Below are positions 49,395 through 61,400 of a stretch of 64,000 nt of DNA, in pieces. The notes below the pieces were generated by a model that saw only the letters and a program-made list of their open reading frames with translations, did not search any database and had not been told where the DNA came from. How positions within the stretch are numbered: the first letter of the stretch is position 1; every line of letters starts with the position of its first letter. This DNA is from Thermodesulfobacteriota bacterium (GTDB taxonomy: Bacteria > Desulfobacterota > Desulfarculia > JACQYL01): assembly GCA_963675595.2 (NCBI GenBank), contig CAXXLZ010000002.1, positions 1,088,001-1,152,000 of the forward strand, given 5' to 3'. The position numbers and the translations under genes were made by a program.

Positions 49395-50771
49395 TCAGAA
49401 AACCACCCGCAAATTATACCGCTTAATCTTGTGTCCCAACGTTTTCCTGTTAATCCCCAAAATTCTCGCCGCCTCCTGCCGCTTTCCCTTGGTGTTTCTC
49501 AGTACAAACTGAATGTAGCGCTTTTCAAGTTCCTCCAGGGTATATTCGCCGTCGGAAAATACCTGAAACTCACCCTGTCGTTGGGTGATAAAACTCGGAA
49601 GATGCTCCGGTTGGATCGTATCCGTGTCCTCCAAGATCAAGATCCTCTCGATGGTATGCTCCAATTCCCGAACGTTACCCGGCCACGGATAGTCGCTCAA
49701 CAGCTTCATCGCCCGGCTCGACACTCCCTTGACCTGCCTGTCGCTCTTCAGATTGTGCTTTTCGATGAAATGGTTGACCAACAAGGGGATGTCGCCCGTA
49801 CGCTCTCTCAAAGGCGGAAGGTGAATGGGAACGACGCTCAGTCGATAGTACAGGTCTTCCCGAAACGTTCCCGCTTTGATGGCTTCCTTCAGGTCTCGGT
49901 TGCAGGAAGCGATAATCCTGATATCCAGCCGAATTCGCTTCTGGCTGCCGACCTTCATGAACTCCCGCTCTTGAATCACCCGCAGGAGTTTGGCCTGGAT
50001 GTTCAGGCTGAGATTGGTGATTTCGTCAAACAAAAAGGTGCCATGGTTCGCCAACTCGAATAGCCCATGCTTGGTCTGATGCGCTCCGGTGAAGGAGCCC
50101 TTCACATGCCCGAACAGCTCGCTTTCCAGCAGGGACTCCACCAAGGCGGAGCAATCCACGGGCACAAATTCATGATCCCGACGAGAACTCAATCGATGAA
50201 CCGCTCGAGCCGCAAGCTCCTTGCCGGTTCCGCTTTCCCCGGTGAGAAGCACCGTGCTGTCACTGGGCGCCGCTCTCCGTATTTTCGCGAAAACCCTCTT
50301 CATGGCGGGGCTTTCTCCGACCAGGGAATCGATCCCCTCCCCGCCGTCGGAATCGCTGTCCTGGACTGAAACAACAGCCGACTCGTTTTCGAGACTTTCC
50401 CGGGCCTTGCGCACAACCGACTCGAGTTCATCCAGGCGAAACGGTTTCACCAGGTAGTCCAGAGCCCCGTGCTTAACGCATTCCACGGCGCCCTCGATCG
50501 AGGGATGCCCGGTAATGATGATCACTGCGGTGTGGGGATACTCATTGCGTATGACCTTCAAGACGGCCATCCCGTCCATTTCGGGCATTCTGATATCCAA
50601 GAGCACGATCCCGAACGGCTCTTCGGACATCCTCTCCAGGGCCTCCGGACCGCTCTCCGCGGATTCCACGCGGTAGCCTTGTGAAACAAGTACCCTCGTG
50701 ATTCCCGTGCGGACCACGGGTTCATCGTCCACCACGAGGACCCGGTCTTTTAAGTCAAGCCTCTCCGACAA
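49395..50771 (-). CDS. Sigma-54-dependent response regulator (NtrC family); start uncertain
   Basis: REC, GESGTGKE, ESELFGH.KGSFTGA, WPGNVREL, Fis-type HTH. Confidence 0.93.
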   Translation of the reverse strand: MSERLDLKDRVLVVDDEPVVRTGITRVLVSQGYRVESAESGPEALERMSEEPFGIVLLDIRMPEMDGMAVLKVIRNEYPHTAVIIITGHPSIEGAVECVKHGALDYLVKPFRLDELESVVRKARESLENESAVVSVQDSDSDGGEGIDSLVGESPAMKRVFAKIRRAAPSDSTVLLTGESGTGKELAARAVHRLSSRRDHEFVPVDCSALVESLLESELFGHVKGSFTGAHQTKHGLFELANHGTFLFDEITNLSLNIQAKLLRVIQEREFMKVGSQKRIRLDIRIIASCNRDLKEAIKAGTFREDLYYRLSVVPIHLPPLRERTGDIPLLVNHFIEKHNLKSDRQVKGVSSRAMKLLSDYPWPGNVRELEHTIERILILEDTDTIQPEHLPSFITQRQGEFQVFSDGEYTLEELEKRYIQFVLRNTKGKRQEAARILGINRKTLGHKIKRYNLRVVF

Positions 50772-52260
50772 GGCAGTCCTCTGTTTCCGGCACCACGGGG
50801 AGAAGAACCTTGAAAGTGGTCCCGGCACCTTTCCGGCTCTCCACCTCGATCGACCCTTGATGGGCCTCCACAATGCCCTTGACAATGGCGAGCCCCAGCC
50901 CGGACCCGATCACCTGACGCGTACTCGGATCTTTAACTCGATAGAACTTATCGAAAATCTTAGGAATCTCGGTTTCTTCAATACCGATCCCCGTGTCGCT
51001 CACCCGAATCTCCACGTAATTCCCATGAGGAATGATCTCTGCACGAACCTCCCCACCGTCGGGAGAATAGTTGATCGCGTTCGTGAGTAAATTGGTAAAT
51101 AGTTCCTCCATTCCTCTTCGATCGGCGCGGATCACTGTTGGAGCGGTAGGCTGTTCCAGTACCAGACGTATTCTCAGGCTCGTCGCCCTCGCATCCAATA
51201 GGCCCGTGACTTCGGCAATCACTTCATGCAGGTTGAGAGGCACCTGCTCCATGCGGCCATGACCCGCTTCGATTTTGGAGACGTCCAATAGATCGTTAAT
51301 CAATTCAATCAGCCCATCGATCTTGTCGTGGGCGCGCTCTATAAGATGACGTTGTTTTTCGGTCAATTCTCCGGCCAAACCATCCAATATGACTTTATGC
51401 TGCAATTTGATCGCCGTCAACGGTGATCTGAGCTCGTGTGAAACCATGTGCACGAAGTCGTTCTTCATCTCCTCAACTTCTTTAAAACTCGAAATGTCGT
51501 GAAAGACGGTGACCGTCCCCAGGACATGCTCATCCGGTCCGAAAAACGGAGCAGACAACGCCCTAAGCTGGGTTTTTCCTCTTGTAAGTTCTTGGGCGAT
51601 GCGACGGTCCGGGTCTTCACCGGCGTCTTGCAGCAGGCTCTCGATCGACTCTCTCAGAGCCGCATCGTCAAAGTAGTTCGACAAAGGTCCGGGCAGCGAA
51701 GCAGGATTGGACAAACCCAGATGCTGAGACAAGGCGGGATTGTACAACACCACTTCCATGTCCCGATTGGTGACCAGAACACCGTCGCCCATGCAATTAA
51801 TGATGGTTCTAAGCCGGCTTTGCTCCAAGGCCAGGGAATAAAGGTTCCGGGCCTGCTCCTCCTGAAGATCCCGGGCCTGCCGCTCCAGCACCTGCTTATC
51901 GAGGGCCCTGCGTACCACCAGAACCAGATGGTCGATGCGAAAAGGCTTGGTCACAAAATCATAGGCCCCTTGCTTCATGCACTCTACGGCATCAGCAACG
52001 GTTCCGTGACCGGTAATAATGATCACAGGCACATCGGGGTACCTCGTGCCCGTGATCTCAAGCACCTCCAGAGCACCCATGACCGGCATTTTCAGATCAC
52101 ACAAAACCACGTTCACCGGTTCCGTCTCCAACAAATCGAGTGCTTCCCGACCGTTGGCCGCCGTGGTCACCCTGAACCCTTCCGGCTCCAGGAATCGGAT
52201 ACACCCATCGCGGATCACTTTCTCGTCATCGACCACGAGCACGGTGTAGTTTTCATCCAT
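50755..52260 (-). CDS. Hybrid REC-PAS-histidine kinase
   Basis: DLKMP, SHELRSPL, NAINY, DTGIG, GSGLGL. Confidence 0.93.
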   Translation of the reverse strand: MDENYTVLVVDDEKVIRDGCIRFLEPEGFRVTTAANGREALDLLETEPVNVVLCDLKMPVMGALEVLEITGTRYPDVPVIIITGHGTVADAVECMKQGAYDFVTKPFRIDHLVLVVRRALDKQVLERQARDLQEEQARNLYSLALEQSRLRTIINCMGDGVLVTNRDMEVVLYNPALSQHLGLSNPASLPGPLSNYFDDAALRESIESLLQDAGEDPDRRIAQELTRGKTQLRALSAPFFGPDEHVLGTVTVFHDISSFKEVEEMKNDFVHMVSHELRSPLTAIKLQHKVILDGLAGELTEKQRHLIERAHDKIDGLIELINDLLDVSKIEAGHGRMEQVPLNLHEVIAEVTGLLDARATSLRIRLVLEQPTAPTVIRADRRGMEELFTNLLTNAINYSPDGGEVRAEIIPHGNYVEIRVSDTGIGIEETEIPKIFDKFYRVKDPSTRQVIGSGLGLAIVKGIVEAHQGSIEVESRKGAGTTFKVLLPVVPETEDCLVGEA

Positions 52261-52421
52261 TGCTTTCCCTCACCACGTCATTTTTCTTCCTCGGCGTGCA
52301 ACATCGCCTTTCAAGGAATTCTCCGACGTTGATCAAGCTTCCCGCGGGAAATTTTCGAGCATCTAATGCACGCATGCGCGTCGTTTTGCGAAGCGCAACT
52401 CCAGCCGTCGCCCCCGCGTAT

Positions 52422-54731
52422 CTAACCATCCAGAAACGACTCCTGTTCAGGCCCTTCAAAAGGAAGGAAAATAACAAACGTGGTGCCCCCCTCCGGGGGA
52501 CAATGCACCTCGATCATCCCTCCATGTCTTTGGATGACGCCGTAAACGATGGACAACCCAAGGCCGGTCCCCTTGCCCGGGTCCTTGGTGGTGAAAAAAG
52601 GTTCGAATATTTTGTCCCGAATGCTTTCGGGGATGCCGCAACCCGTATCGGCGAACCATACGCGCACTCCGCCTTCGTCCTCTTCCTCGCGCGCGGTGAT
52701 TTTGATCCTCCCTTGACCGTCCATGGCATCGGCCGCGTTGAGGAGCAGGTTCATAAAAACCTGTTGAATTTCACCGGGATCGCCTAAAACCTGCCGCATT
52801 TCAGCCTGGTAATCCTCCGTGACCGCGATGTCGTGAAACAGGGCTTGGTGCCCCACCAACTCCACACACCGATGTATGATGTCGCCCACATCGAACAAGG
52901 CGCGCTGTCCCAAGGATTGTCTGCTGAACTCAAGGAGCCGGGTGACGATTTGTTTGCACCGAAGGGTCTGAGCAATAATTTCTTCGACGTCCGAACGGAT
53001 GGAAACCGCCGGACCAAGTTGTCCTTGAATAATTTCCGCATAAATCAGAATACCCGCCAAAGGATTGTTGATTTCATGAGCCACCCCGGCGGCAAGCTGT
53101 CCGAGAGAAGCGATCTTTTCGGCCTGCATGAGCTGAGCCTGAGTTTCCTCAAGCTTCTTTCTCATTCTCAAGGTTTCCCGCAAGTCGGAAAAGATGGCCA
53201 CAATCCCGAGTTCCTTGTCCCCTTCCTTGATCAGAGATGCGGAAAAATTTACGGGAACATCCTCACCGTTCTTGTTTCGAAAGGACATCTGGCTGGTGTT
53301 GAGTTTTCCCGGAGGGCCGAATTCCGCCCCCCGCAGCCGGTCAATCAGCTCCGACGCCGATGCCGTTGTGAAGACTCTGTCCAGCACGCCCGCATGACCG
53401 ATAACCTCTTCGCCTCGATAACCCAGTATCCGCTCGGCGCCTTCGTTATAGATAACGGGCACGCCGGAACGATCCACCACGACGATCCCGTCCACTGAAC
53501 TGTGAATGATATTGCTCAGGAAATTGTTTGCTTTTTCGAGCTCCCGCTCGATCTTTAGTCTGTTGGTAAGGTCTCTGAGATAGATGCAGGTCAGCGCCGA
53601 AGCGCCGAGGCGCGCGACGGCCATGCAGGCCTCGTAAACCCTGTATTCGTCGTTGGATGAATGCTGCTGATCCAAGATTCGACAGTACTGAACCCCCAAA
53701 GGAGGACTCTGGTCGAGCATCCGTTCCAGATCTTCGCCCATGGCGGGGTGGCGGGGTTCGAGCACTTCCCGCAGTTTCTTGCCCACCAAGTCCTCCTTGG
53801 CCTGGCCCACGATCTCCGCCATTCTGGAGTTTACGAAAAGGATCCTCCGTTCCTCATCCAGCATGGCGATCCCCTCCCGCGTCAGTTCGGTAATGAGATC
53901 GATCTTCTTCTGGGCCTCCACCAGGGGCGTGATGTCGCGTATCGCTTCAAAGCCGCCGATAACCCGGCCCGAGGGATCGGTGATGATCGAAGCGGAAACC
54001 ACCACGGGAACCTGCCGTCCGTGCTTGTCTCTCGCCACTCTCCTTACCTCGGAAATGGGCTGCTTGTGCTCCATCACCTGCCGAAGAATGCATTCACACG
54101 TCTGGCACTGTACCGTGTTCAGTACCTGGCCGCAGGTCATCTTTCCCACGACTTCCTGCCGCGAGTAACCCGTAAGCTTCTCCATGGGCTCGTTGATATG
54201 CGTCACCACCAGATCGGGAGCCACCGTGAAGAAGGGCGTGGGGAAGTGCTCCAAAATGCTCGACAGGGTGGCGGTCTGAAGCTGGGTGACCGGATGTGAA
54301 AGCAAGTCCGCCTGGAACTCGCGAAGCACCACAAAACATCCCCGCCCGAACCCCAAAGAGCTTCCAATGGGACTCGCGGTCACCGTGGTGGGCTTGGTTT
54401 TCCCGAACCGGTACTCAAGATTCAAAGGCACCCTTGAGAGGCTTTCGCCTCTCTCCAGGCACCGCTCGATCATGGCGTCCCCACTCTCCAGGCCTTTCAC
54501 TCCCCTGGACAACGGCCGACAGACGGGACACCGGTCCATCAGACGAAAGTCCGGGCCGAAGAGCGCTTGGGCGGAATCATTCAAGAACACCACCCGCTTC
54601 TGCTCATCAACGATCAAGATAGGATCGGGAAAATCACCGGCCAGGTCCGCCAACAACTCAGGCGATGCCGATTGGACCGATGTCCGGCCCCTCTCCCGGG
54701 CAATCGTCCGTTCGCTTTGTTGCCGGTCCAC
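52422..54731 (-). CDS. Cytoplasmic multi-PAS histidine kinase
   Basis: Four PAS-like repeats, [26 protein letters not shown]. Confidence 0.92.
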   Translation of the reverse strand: MDRQQSERTIARERGRTSVQSASPELLADLAGDFPDPILIVDEQKRVVFLNDSAQALFGPDFRLMDRCPVCRPLSRGVKGLESGDAMIERCLERGESLSRVPLNLEYRFGKTKPTTVTASPIGSSLGFGRGCFVVLREFQADLLSHPVTQLQTATLSSILEHFPTPFFTVAPDLVVTHINEPMEKLTGYSRQEVVGKMTCGQVLNTVQCQTCECILRQVMEHKQPISEVRRVARDKHGRQVPVVVSASIITDPSGRVIGGFEAIRDITPLVEAQKKIDLITELTREGIAMLDEERRILFVNSRMAEIVGQAKEDLVGKKLREVLEPRHPAMGEDLERMLDQSPPLGVQYCRILDQQHSSNDEYRVYEACMAVARLGASALTCIYLRDLTNRLKIERELEKANNFLSNIIHSSVDGIVVVDRSGVPVIYNEGAERILGYRGEEVIGHAGVLDRVFTTASASELIDRLRGAEFGPPGKLNTSQMSFRNKNGEDVPVNFSASLIKEGDKELGIVAIFSDLRETLRMRKKLEETQAQLMQAEKIASLGQLAAGVAHEINNPLAGILIYAEIIQGQLGPAVSIRSDVEEIIAQTLRCKQIVTRLLEFSRQSLGQRALFDVGDIIHRCVELVGHQALFHDIAVTEDYQAEMRQVLGDPGEIQQVFMNLLLNAADAMDGQGRIKITAREEEDEGGVRVWFADTGCGIPESIRDKIFEPFFTTKDPGKGTGLGLSIVYGVIQRHGGMIEVHCPPEGGTTFVIFLPFEGPEQESFLDG

Positions 54732-54782
54732 TCAGGCCCTCCCTTCAGGCCGGTCGGCGAGAATCCCGCCGCTCCGCCGCCT

Positions 54783-55874
54783 TCACGTTTCCTCTCTGGC
54801 CACTTCAACACGTGCTTCTCTCGTAGGTGAAGTGGGGTGAAACACCTGCTCTAAAATCGCAATGCCTCGCTTCAGCTGCGTTCTCGAAATGACCGCCGAC
54901 ATGGAGGAAACGGTACAGCTCAAGGCTTCGATGGATATTCCGTTCCCTTCCAGTGCACTCACCAGCGTGTTGGCGATCCCGTACCGGTCCCCGAAATGCG
55001 GCCCGTGGAGATAGACGGCGGCCATTCCGCCGGTTCGGTAAACGGCGGTCTTTTCCGTGAACGAGTCGAGGCATAGGGCCCTTTCGTCCAAACGCCCGCC
55101 GTTACGGTCCGTTTCACGCAGGCAGAAAGCCAAGTCCATGCTTCCGGACTTTCCGGGAGCGCCGGCAAGAAAAGCGATTTCTAGATTCATGTCCTGCCAA
55201 CCGCGTACGGCCGAGGCCAGAAGGCTGAGATCGCCGGCGCCCGACGAGACTTCCCATAAATCCAGATGGTCCCGGTATTCGATCCAATAAATCCGCGCGA
55301 TCTTCTCCTGAAAGGAGGCGATTACACTGCGGAAGTGCTCATCCGGACCAACAAGGCTGTCGAGAAAATCCGCCGGAGAAACGAACGACGCAAACCGAAA
55401 CCGGCCGAACAGAGCCTGCACGGCACGTTCTTTTTGCGTGATGGGGATGATCGTAGAAACCGCGGAAGGAGAGCTTGCAAACCCGTAAAGGGTCAACCCC
55501 GCTTCGGCGAAGGCGCCGATGAATGCACCGATTATACTTGGGCGCCCGTGGTGAGGAAACACGGAGAAAATGCCTATTTTGGACACCGTTCCCATCCCGC
55601 CGCCGGGAACTCCCAACAACGCGGCATGGGCGACCCCGTCGGAACGCGCGGCACAGAACAAGGTACGGCATCCCGTCCCCGGCCGATCCGGGACGGACGT
55701 CAGAAGAGTCAGGTTGATCTTGTTCAGGGCCAGAGGAGAACAAACCCCCTCGCACAAGGGCGAAACATCCTCCACGCATGAACACGACACGCAGTCGTTG
55801 TCCTCGAGGACTTTCAGACCCCGAACTTCGATCAATCCCGACGTTTCACGCAGGCGCCCATCGGGCGCCCGCAA
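54783..55874 (-). CDS. ACT-domain protein resembling aspartokinase regulatory domains; start uncertain
   Basis: IFSVFPH, ASSPSAVS, HGPHFGDRYGIA...SCTVSSMS ACT-like repeats without a kinase domain. Confidence 0.7.
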   Translation of the reverse strand: MRAPDGRLRETSGLIEVRGLKVLEDNDCVSCSCVEDVSPLCEGVCSPLALNKINLTLLTSVPDRPGTGCRTLFCAARSDGVAHAALLGVPGGGMGTVSKIGIFSVFPHHGRPSIIGAFIGAFAEAGLTLYGFASSPSAVSTIIPITQKERAVQALFGRFRFASFVSPADFLDSLVGPDEHFRSVIASFQEKIARIYWIEYRDHLDLWEVSSGAGDLSLLASAVRGWQDMNLEIAFLAGAPGKSGSMDLAFCLRETDRNGGRLDERALCLDSFTEKTAVYRTGGMAAVYLHGPHFGDRYGIANTLVSALEGNGISIEALSCTVSSMSAVISRTQLKRGIAILEQVFHPTSPTREARVEVAREET

Positions 55875-55883
55875 GTTTGTCCT

Positions 55884-56273
55884 TCATTGCTGAATAAGCC
55901 GTTCCACCGCCTCCACAAGAGTGTTGGAATCCACGGGTTTGGAAATATAGTCGTCCGCCTCCATGGACAGCCCTTGGGCGTGAGTGTAGCTCGTGGAAGT
56001 CACCGCGTCGCCCACCGCGGTCAAAAGCACAATGGGGATGTCCTGAGTCCAGTTGTTGGACTTCAGCTCCGCACAAAGCTCATATCCGTTCTTGCGGGGC
56101 ATCATCACGTCCAGAACCAGCACGTCGGGACGCCTCTTCTTGATGGCCTGCTCGGCCTCAATTCCGTCATAAGCCTTGCCCACCTCATATCCCTTGCCTT
56201 CGAAAACCATGGAAACGGTTTCCACCAAATCGGGATCATCATCGACGATCAGGATATATTTCTTGTCGGACAT
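55884..56273 (-). CDS. Single-domain response regulator
   Basis: ILIVDDD, DVMMP, DYISKP. Confidence 0.9.
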   Translation of the reverse strand: MSDKKYILIVDDDPDLVETVSMVFEGKGYEVGKAYDGIEAEQAIKKRRPDVLVLDVMMPRKNGYELCAELKSNNWTQDIPIVLLTAVGDAVTSTSYTHAQGLSMEADDYISKPVDSNTLVEAVERLIQQ

Positions 56274-56375
56274 TGTTCTTCCCTCCTTTTGCAGGATGGC
56301 GTTTTGGAGTCCCCATTTACAACAAATCTCTTAAATCATTTCGCAGTTGTCAACGTCGCTTCCATCCGGGTGTTC

Positions 56376-57305
56376 TTATGCGCTCGGCCGAGGATAAAGA
56401 CCGGCCCGCTCCACAATCTCGGGTACCTTCTCCTCCCATTCAATGGCCATAATGTGAAAGCCTCGAACTCCCTCCACGTCCTTCAGTTCTTCAATCTGTT
56501 CGATGGCCAACTTGATTCCTTCTTCCGGTTGGTTTTCTTTGGGTACGCCTCCCATCCGTTTAACCACTTCGTCGGGCACGTCCATACCAGGCACGCGTTT
56601 CTGCATGTAACGGGCCATGCCCACACTTTTCATCGGAGTGATTCCGGCCAGAATGGACACCTTTTCGTGCAGTCCCCAATCCCTGACCATTCCCATCCAT
56701 GTCTTGAACTTCTCCATATTGTAAATACACTGGGTTTGAATGAACTGAACCCCGGCATTGACTTTCTTGGCCAAACGGGCCACCCGGATTTCAAAGGGGT
56801 CCGCAAAAGGGTTGGCCGCCGCCCCGATGAACATCTTGGGGCGCACGGGCAATTCGAAGCCGCTGAGCAGCTTTCCATCGTCCCGCATCATCTTTACGGT
56901 CTGTATCAACTGTGTGGAATCCAGATCGTACACGTTCGCCGCATTGGGATGGTCTCCGAAATGCGGATGATCGCCCGTCAGACAAAGCATCGTGTTAATC
57001 CCGCAGGACGCGGCGCCCAACAAATCGCTCTGCAGCGCAATCCGATTTCGGTCCCGCGTAACCATCTGAAGGATCGGCTCGTAGCCGAGCTGTTTGATCC
57101 GGACGCAGGACACCAGGCTGCACAGGCGCACCACCGACGTCTGGTTGTCGGTCACATTGATCATATCCACGTAGTCGCCGATCAACTTGGCTTTTTCGTC
57201 GATGATCCGCCCGTCGCAACTCCGCGGGGGACCGCACTCCGACGTAACCGCGAAATGACCTCCCGCCAACACTTTTTCCAGCTTGCTGTCCGTAGTCATA
57301 CTCAT
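56376..57305 (-). CDS. metF: Methylenetetrahydrofolate reductase
   Basis: VTSECGPP, INVTDN, RDRNRIALQSDL, LTGDHP, FIQTQ. Confidence 0.93.
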   Translation of the reverse strand: MSMTTDSKLEKVLAGGHFAVTSECGPPRSCDGRIIDEKAKLIGDYVDMINVTDNQTSVVRLCSLVSCVRIKQLGYEPILQMVTRDRNRIALQSDLLGAASCGINTMLCLTGDHPHFGDHPNAANVYDLDSTQLIQTVKMMRDDGKLLSGFELPVRPKMFIGAAANPFADPFEIRVARLAKKVNAGVQFIQTQCIYNMEKFKTWMGMVRDWGLHEKVSILAGITPMKSVGMARYMQKRVPGMDVPDEVVKRMGGVPKENQPEEGIKLAIEQIEELKDVEGVRGFHIMAIEWEEKVPEIVERAGLYPRPSA

Positions 57306-57970
57306 ACCCGTATATCCTCTCTGACGATCTTTCGAGGTCCGCCGTCGCGGCTGGTGCTCCAATCCTTGGGAGAAACGGGCTGCTGGAAGCGTTCCAACTG
57401 TCCCAAGGTCTTCAGCCGCTCGTAGATCAGGTGCCACCCGCAGTCGATCTCCGAATTGACCTCGCACTTTCCCTTGGATGATCCGCCGCACGGGCCGTTC
57501 AACATGCGCTTCGAACACCGGGCGATGGGGCAAATCCCTCCCGTCTCTGCCAGGATGCATTTGCCGCAGGCTTGGCACCGTTCGGCATAAAGCCCCCGCT
57601 CCAGGTTCACGCCCATGAAGCACGTATCGACACCCGGATAGACGATCTTTTCCGGGAATCGTTCCGCCAGATGCTGACAACCCACGCCGCAGGCAAGGGA
57701 TATCATGGCGTCATATTGGTCCGCTCTGTCCGCTAAAGGGTCCAAGTATTCCCGCTCGCATTGCCGGGTGCACGTCGTCTCGTCGATCTGCATTTTCTTT
57801 CCGGCCTGGGTGAAGTACAACCTCAACGCCGCGGCAAGCACGTTGACTTCCTTGAGGCCGCCCGCCTCGCAAACGGTCACGCACCCGTCACATCCCGCGA
57901 TGAGGAGCGTTTCGTAATCCTTCACCAACTCTATAATTTCCTCGATCGGTTTTCCTATCGCCTTGATCAT
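57302..57970 (-). CDS. metV: MTHFR small subunit MetV
   Basis: GCDGCVTVC, ACGVG, CQACGKC...CPIARCSK..LNGPCGG...CEV...CGW; overlaps the metF start. Confidence 0.9.
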   Translation of the reverse strand: MIKAIGKPIEEIIELVKDYETLLIAGCDGCVTVCEAGGLKEVNVLAAALRLYFTQAGKKMQIDETTCTRQCEREYLDPLADRADQYDAMISLACGVGCQHLAERFPEKIVYPGVDTCFMGVNLERGLYAERCQACGKCILAETGGICPIARCSKRMLNGPCGGSSKGKCEVNSEIDCGWHLIYERLKTLGQLERFQQPVSPKDWSTSRDGGPRKIVREDIRV

Positions 57971-58419
57971 GCGGCTTCCTCCCCAATATGGCTCTCCCGG
58001 CGCCCTTCGGTCAAATTGATGGGGCTCGGGCCCAGTTCCTTGATCCGAGTCCCCATTTCCCTTGCGATCTCGGCGAACCTCCCTCCCATCCCGGCGGAGA
58101 GGTTGTACATCTCGATCCGTTCCCCGCCGATTTTCACCTTGTCCAGGATCTGCTTCACATAGTTGACTCGTTTTCTGGCGCGCAGGTTCCCTTTCAAGTA
58201 ATGGCAGTCACCCTCCAGACAACCGGCCACAAACACGCCGTCCGCTCCTTCCTCGAATGCGCTCAACATATGCGTAATGTCCACCCTGCCCGTGCAGGGG
58301 ACTTTGATGATCTTGATGTTCGCGGGATATTGAAGTCTCATCGAACCTGCCAGGTCCGCAGCCGAGTACGCTCAATAGCTGCAGCAAAACGCCAGTATTT
58401 TCGGCTCAAAATCTTCCAT
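57967..58419 (-). CDS. mvhD: MvhD/FlpD [2Fe-2S] subunit with in-frame UGA at codon 16
   Basis: MEDFEPKILAFCCSY-UGA-AYSAADLAG continues in frame into PCTGRVD...GCLEGDCHY; AAGGAG RBS before the ATG at 58419. Confidence 0.9.
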
Positions 58420-58430
58420 GTTCGGACTCC

Positions 58431-61400
58431 TTAAGAAAATGCGCTGATACCGGCCCTGATCTGCCCGTCCTCATAGTGGGCCAGTTGGATGACTTTGGCG
58501 GGGCACTCCGACGCACATACCCCGCACCCCTGACACAAGGCCTCATTGATTTCCGAAACGTTGTCCTCGTTGATCTTCGGAACCCCGAAGGGACAACTTC
58601 GCACACACACCAAGCAGGCGGCGCAGCGGCTCGTGTCCACTTTGGCCACCACCCCGCTGATCGTCTGGTGGGTATCCGCCAAAAACGCGCCGGCTCTTGC
58701 CGATGCCGCCAACGCCTGCGCGATGGTTTCGCTGATCAACTTGGGACTATGAGCCGTACCGCACAGGAAGACTCCTTCGGAACTGAAGTCCACGGGCCGA
58801 AGTTTGGCGTGCGCTTCAATGAAGAATCCGTAGGCGTTGCGCGGGACCTTCAGCAGGGTCGCGAGTTCCTCGGTGTCGGACGCCAACGTGGCCGCGCTCA
58901 GAACCACCGCGTCCACCGCCATTTTGATGGGACGGTTCAGAACGTGGTCTATGAACGTCACGCTCAGCTCGCCGTCGGCGTTCTCAACCACGGGCTCCTT
59001 GTCCAGGCTGAAACGGCTGAACAGCACGCCCTTTTTCCGGGCTTCCCGATAATAGTCCTCCAGCAAACCGTAAGTTCGCATGTCGCGATAGAGGATCACG
59101 ACCTCCGTTTCCGGATTCATCTCCTTGAGCTGCAACGCGTGCTTCACCGCGCCCTGGCAACAGATGCGGCTGCAGTTGGGATTCTCCTCGTTTCTGGAGC
59201 CCACGCACTGAATCATGACCACACGCTTCCAGTTCGACGTGGTTCCCGGTTCTTCGTGCATCCGATCGCCCAGTTCAAGCTGGGTCATGACCCCTTCGTG
59301 TTCTCCGTAGAGGAACTCCTTGGGTTTGTACTCGAAAGCCCCGGTGGCCACGATGGCCGCCCCGTGGTTGATCTTCCTCTCGTACATACCCGGGCCCACC
59401 AACACCTCCGTGGTGAAGTTGCCCTTGTATCCGCTGAATCCCACGATCAAAGCCTCGATCAGCACCTGAATCTTTTCATGGGACCGGACCCTTTCAATGA
59501 GTTCGTCCAGGTAGCGGTTCACGTCCAGACCGTCGATGGTGTGATACAGCCGTCGAGCCATGCCGCCCAGAGCCTTTTCCTTCTCGATGACGACGGCTTC
59601 GAATCCCTGCTGAGCCAGATTGAGGGCGGCGTTGAGTCCCGCGATACCGCCGCCGACCACCAGGGCTCTCTGGTTGATTTCCAGGGGTTTTTCCACCAGG
59701 GGATTGAGCAGACCGGCCCGCGCCACGGCCATGCGAACCAGATCCTTCGCCTTCTCGGTGGCCCGGCGGGATTCCTTCATATGCACCCAGGAATCCTGAT
59801 TACGAATGTTGGCCATATCGAACAAATACTTGTTCAGACCGGCATCAATGAGGGTTTCCCGAAACAACGGCTCATGGGTCAAGGGTGTACAGGCCGCCAC
59901 CACCACTCGGTTGATGTCGTTTTCCCGGATGACTTTGGCCATTTTCACCTGAGTGTCCTGGGAGCAAGTGTACAGGTTATCCTCGACGTGGACCACGTTG
60001 GGCAGGGATCGCGCATATTCCCGCACTTCGGGCACGTTGACGATGCCCCCGATATTGATCCCGCAATTGCAGACGAACACGCCCACCCGCGGCGGTCCTT
60101 CCATGACCTCCTTACGTTCGGGCGGCGTCACCTTCACCTCGGTCCGCGTCCAACGAACATCACCCAAAACCGCGCTGCAGGCCGCCGCTCCGGCGGAAGC
60201 CTCCATAACCGACTGTGGAATATCCTTAGGCCCCTGGAAAGTCCCACATACGTAGATTCCGGGGCGGGACGTGCTGACCGGAGACGAGGGCAGCGTTTTG
60301 GCAAAATGGTGCGTATTCAATTCGATGCCAAGCCGGTCCGCCAATTCAGTCGCGCCTTTGCTCACCTCAAAACCCGTGGACAGCACCACCATATCGAACT
60401 CTTCCCGCCTGGGCTCTCCGTTTTCGTCCACGTAACTGATGGCGAGTTCCGCCTCGCCCGTCGGGTCGATGCTGTGCACCCGACAGCGAATAAAGCGGAC
60501 TCCGTGCTCGTTTCTCGCCCGATTGTAGTACTGCTCGAATTCCTTTCCGTAGGTCCGCATATCCATATAGAAGATCGCGGTATCCAGGTCTCCGTGCGCA
60601 TGCTCCTTGGCGATGACCGCTTCCTTGATGGCATACATGCAGCACACGGCCGAGCAGTAGGAATGGTCGCAACGGTTCATATCTCTCGAACCCACGCATT
60701 GCAGCCAGGCGATCTTTTTGGGCTCGTCCCGATCGTAGGGCCGCATGAGGTGTCCCTTGTACGGACCGGAGGCACTCAAAATGCGCTCAAACTCGAGACT
60801 GGTGACCACATTGGGCAGCCGCGTGTATTTGTAGGTCTCGAATCGGCTCGGATCGAACACTTCGTTGCCTAAAGTCAGCAGCACCGCACCCACTTCCACT
60901 TCCCGTTCCACTCGAGTCTGCTCATACTCCACGGCCCGGGCCAGGCAAACCTTTTCGCAGAGCCCGCAGCCGATGCAGGCGTCCTTGTCGATGGAATAAG
61001 CCAGCGGAACCGCTTGAGGGTATTTGATATAGGAGGCTTCTCGCCGGTCCAGCCCACGGTTGAAAAAGTTTACCGCGCTTACCGGACATGCCTTCTTGCA
61101 GTCGCCGCAAGCCGTGCATTTCACCGGATCGATGTATCGCGGACGGCTCTCGAGGACCGCCTTGAAGTTCCCTACGTCGCCTTCCAGGGACTTGACTTCC
61201 GTGTTCGTGAGCACGTCGATGTTCAGGTGACGGCCCACTTCCACCAGCTTCGGGGATATGATGCACATGGCGCAGTCGTTGGTCGGAAAAGTCTTGTCCA
61301 ACTGTGACATGACCCCGCCGATGGAGGGAGAGCTTTCCGCCAGGTAAACGCGATAGCCCGAGTTGGCCAGATCCAGGGAAGCCTGCATCCCGGCGACCCC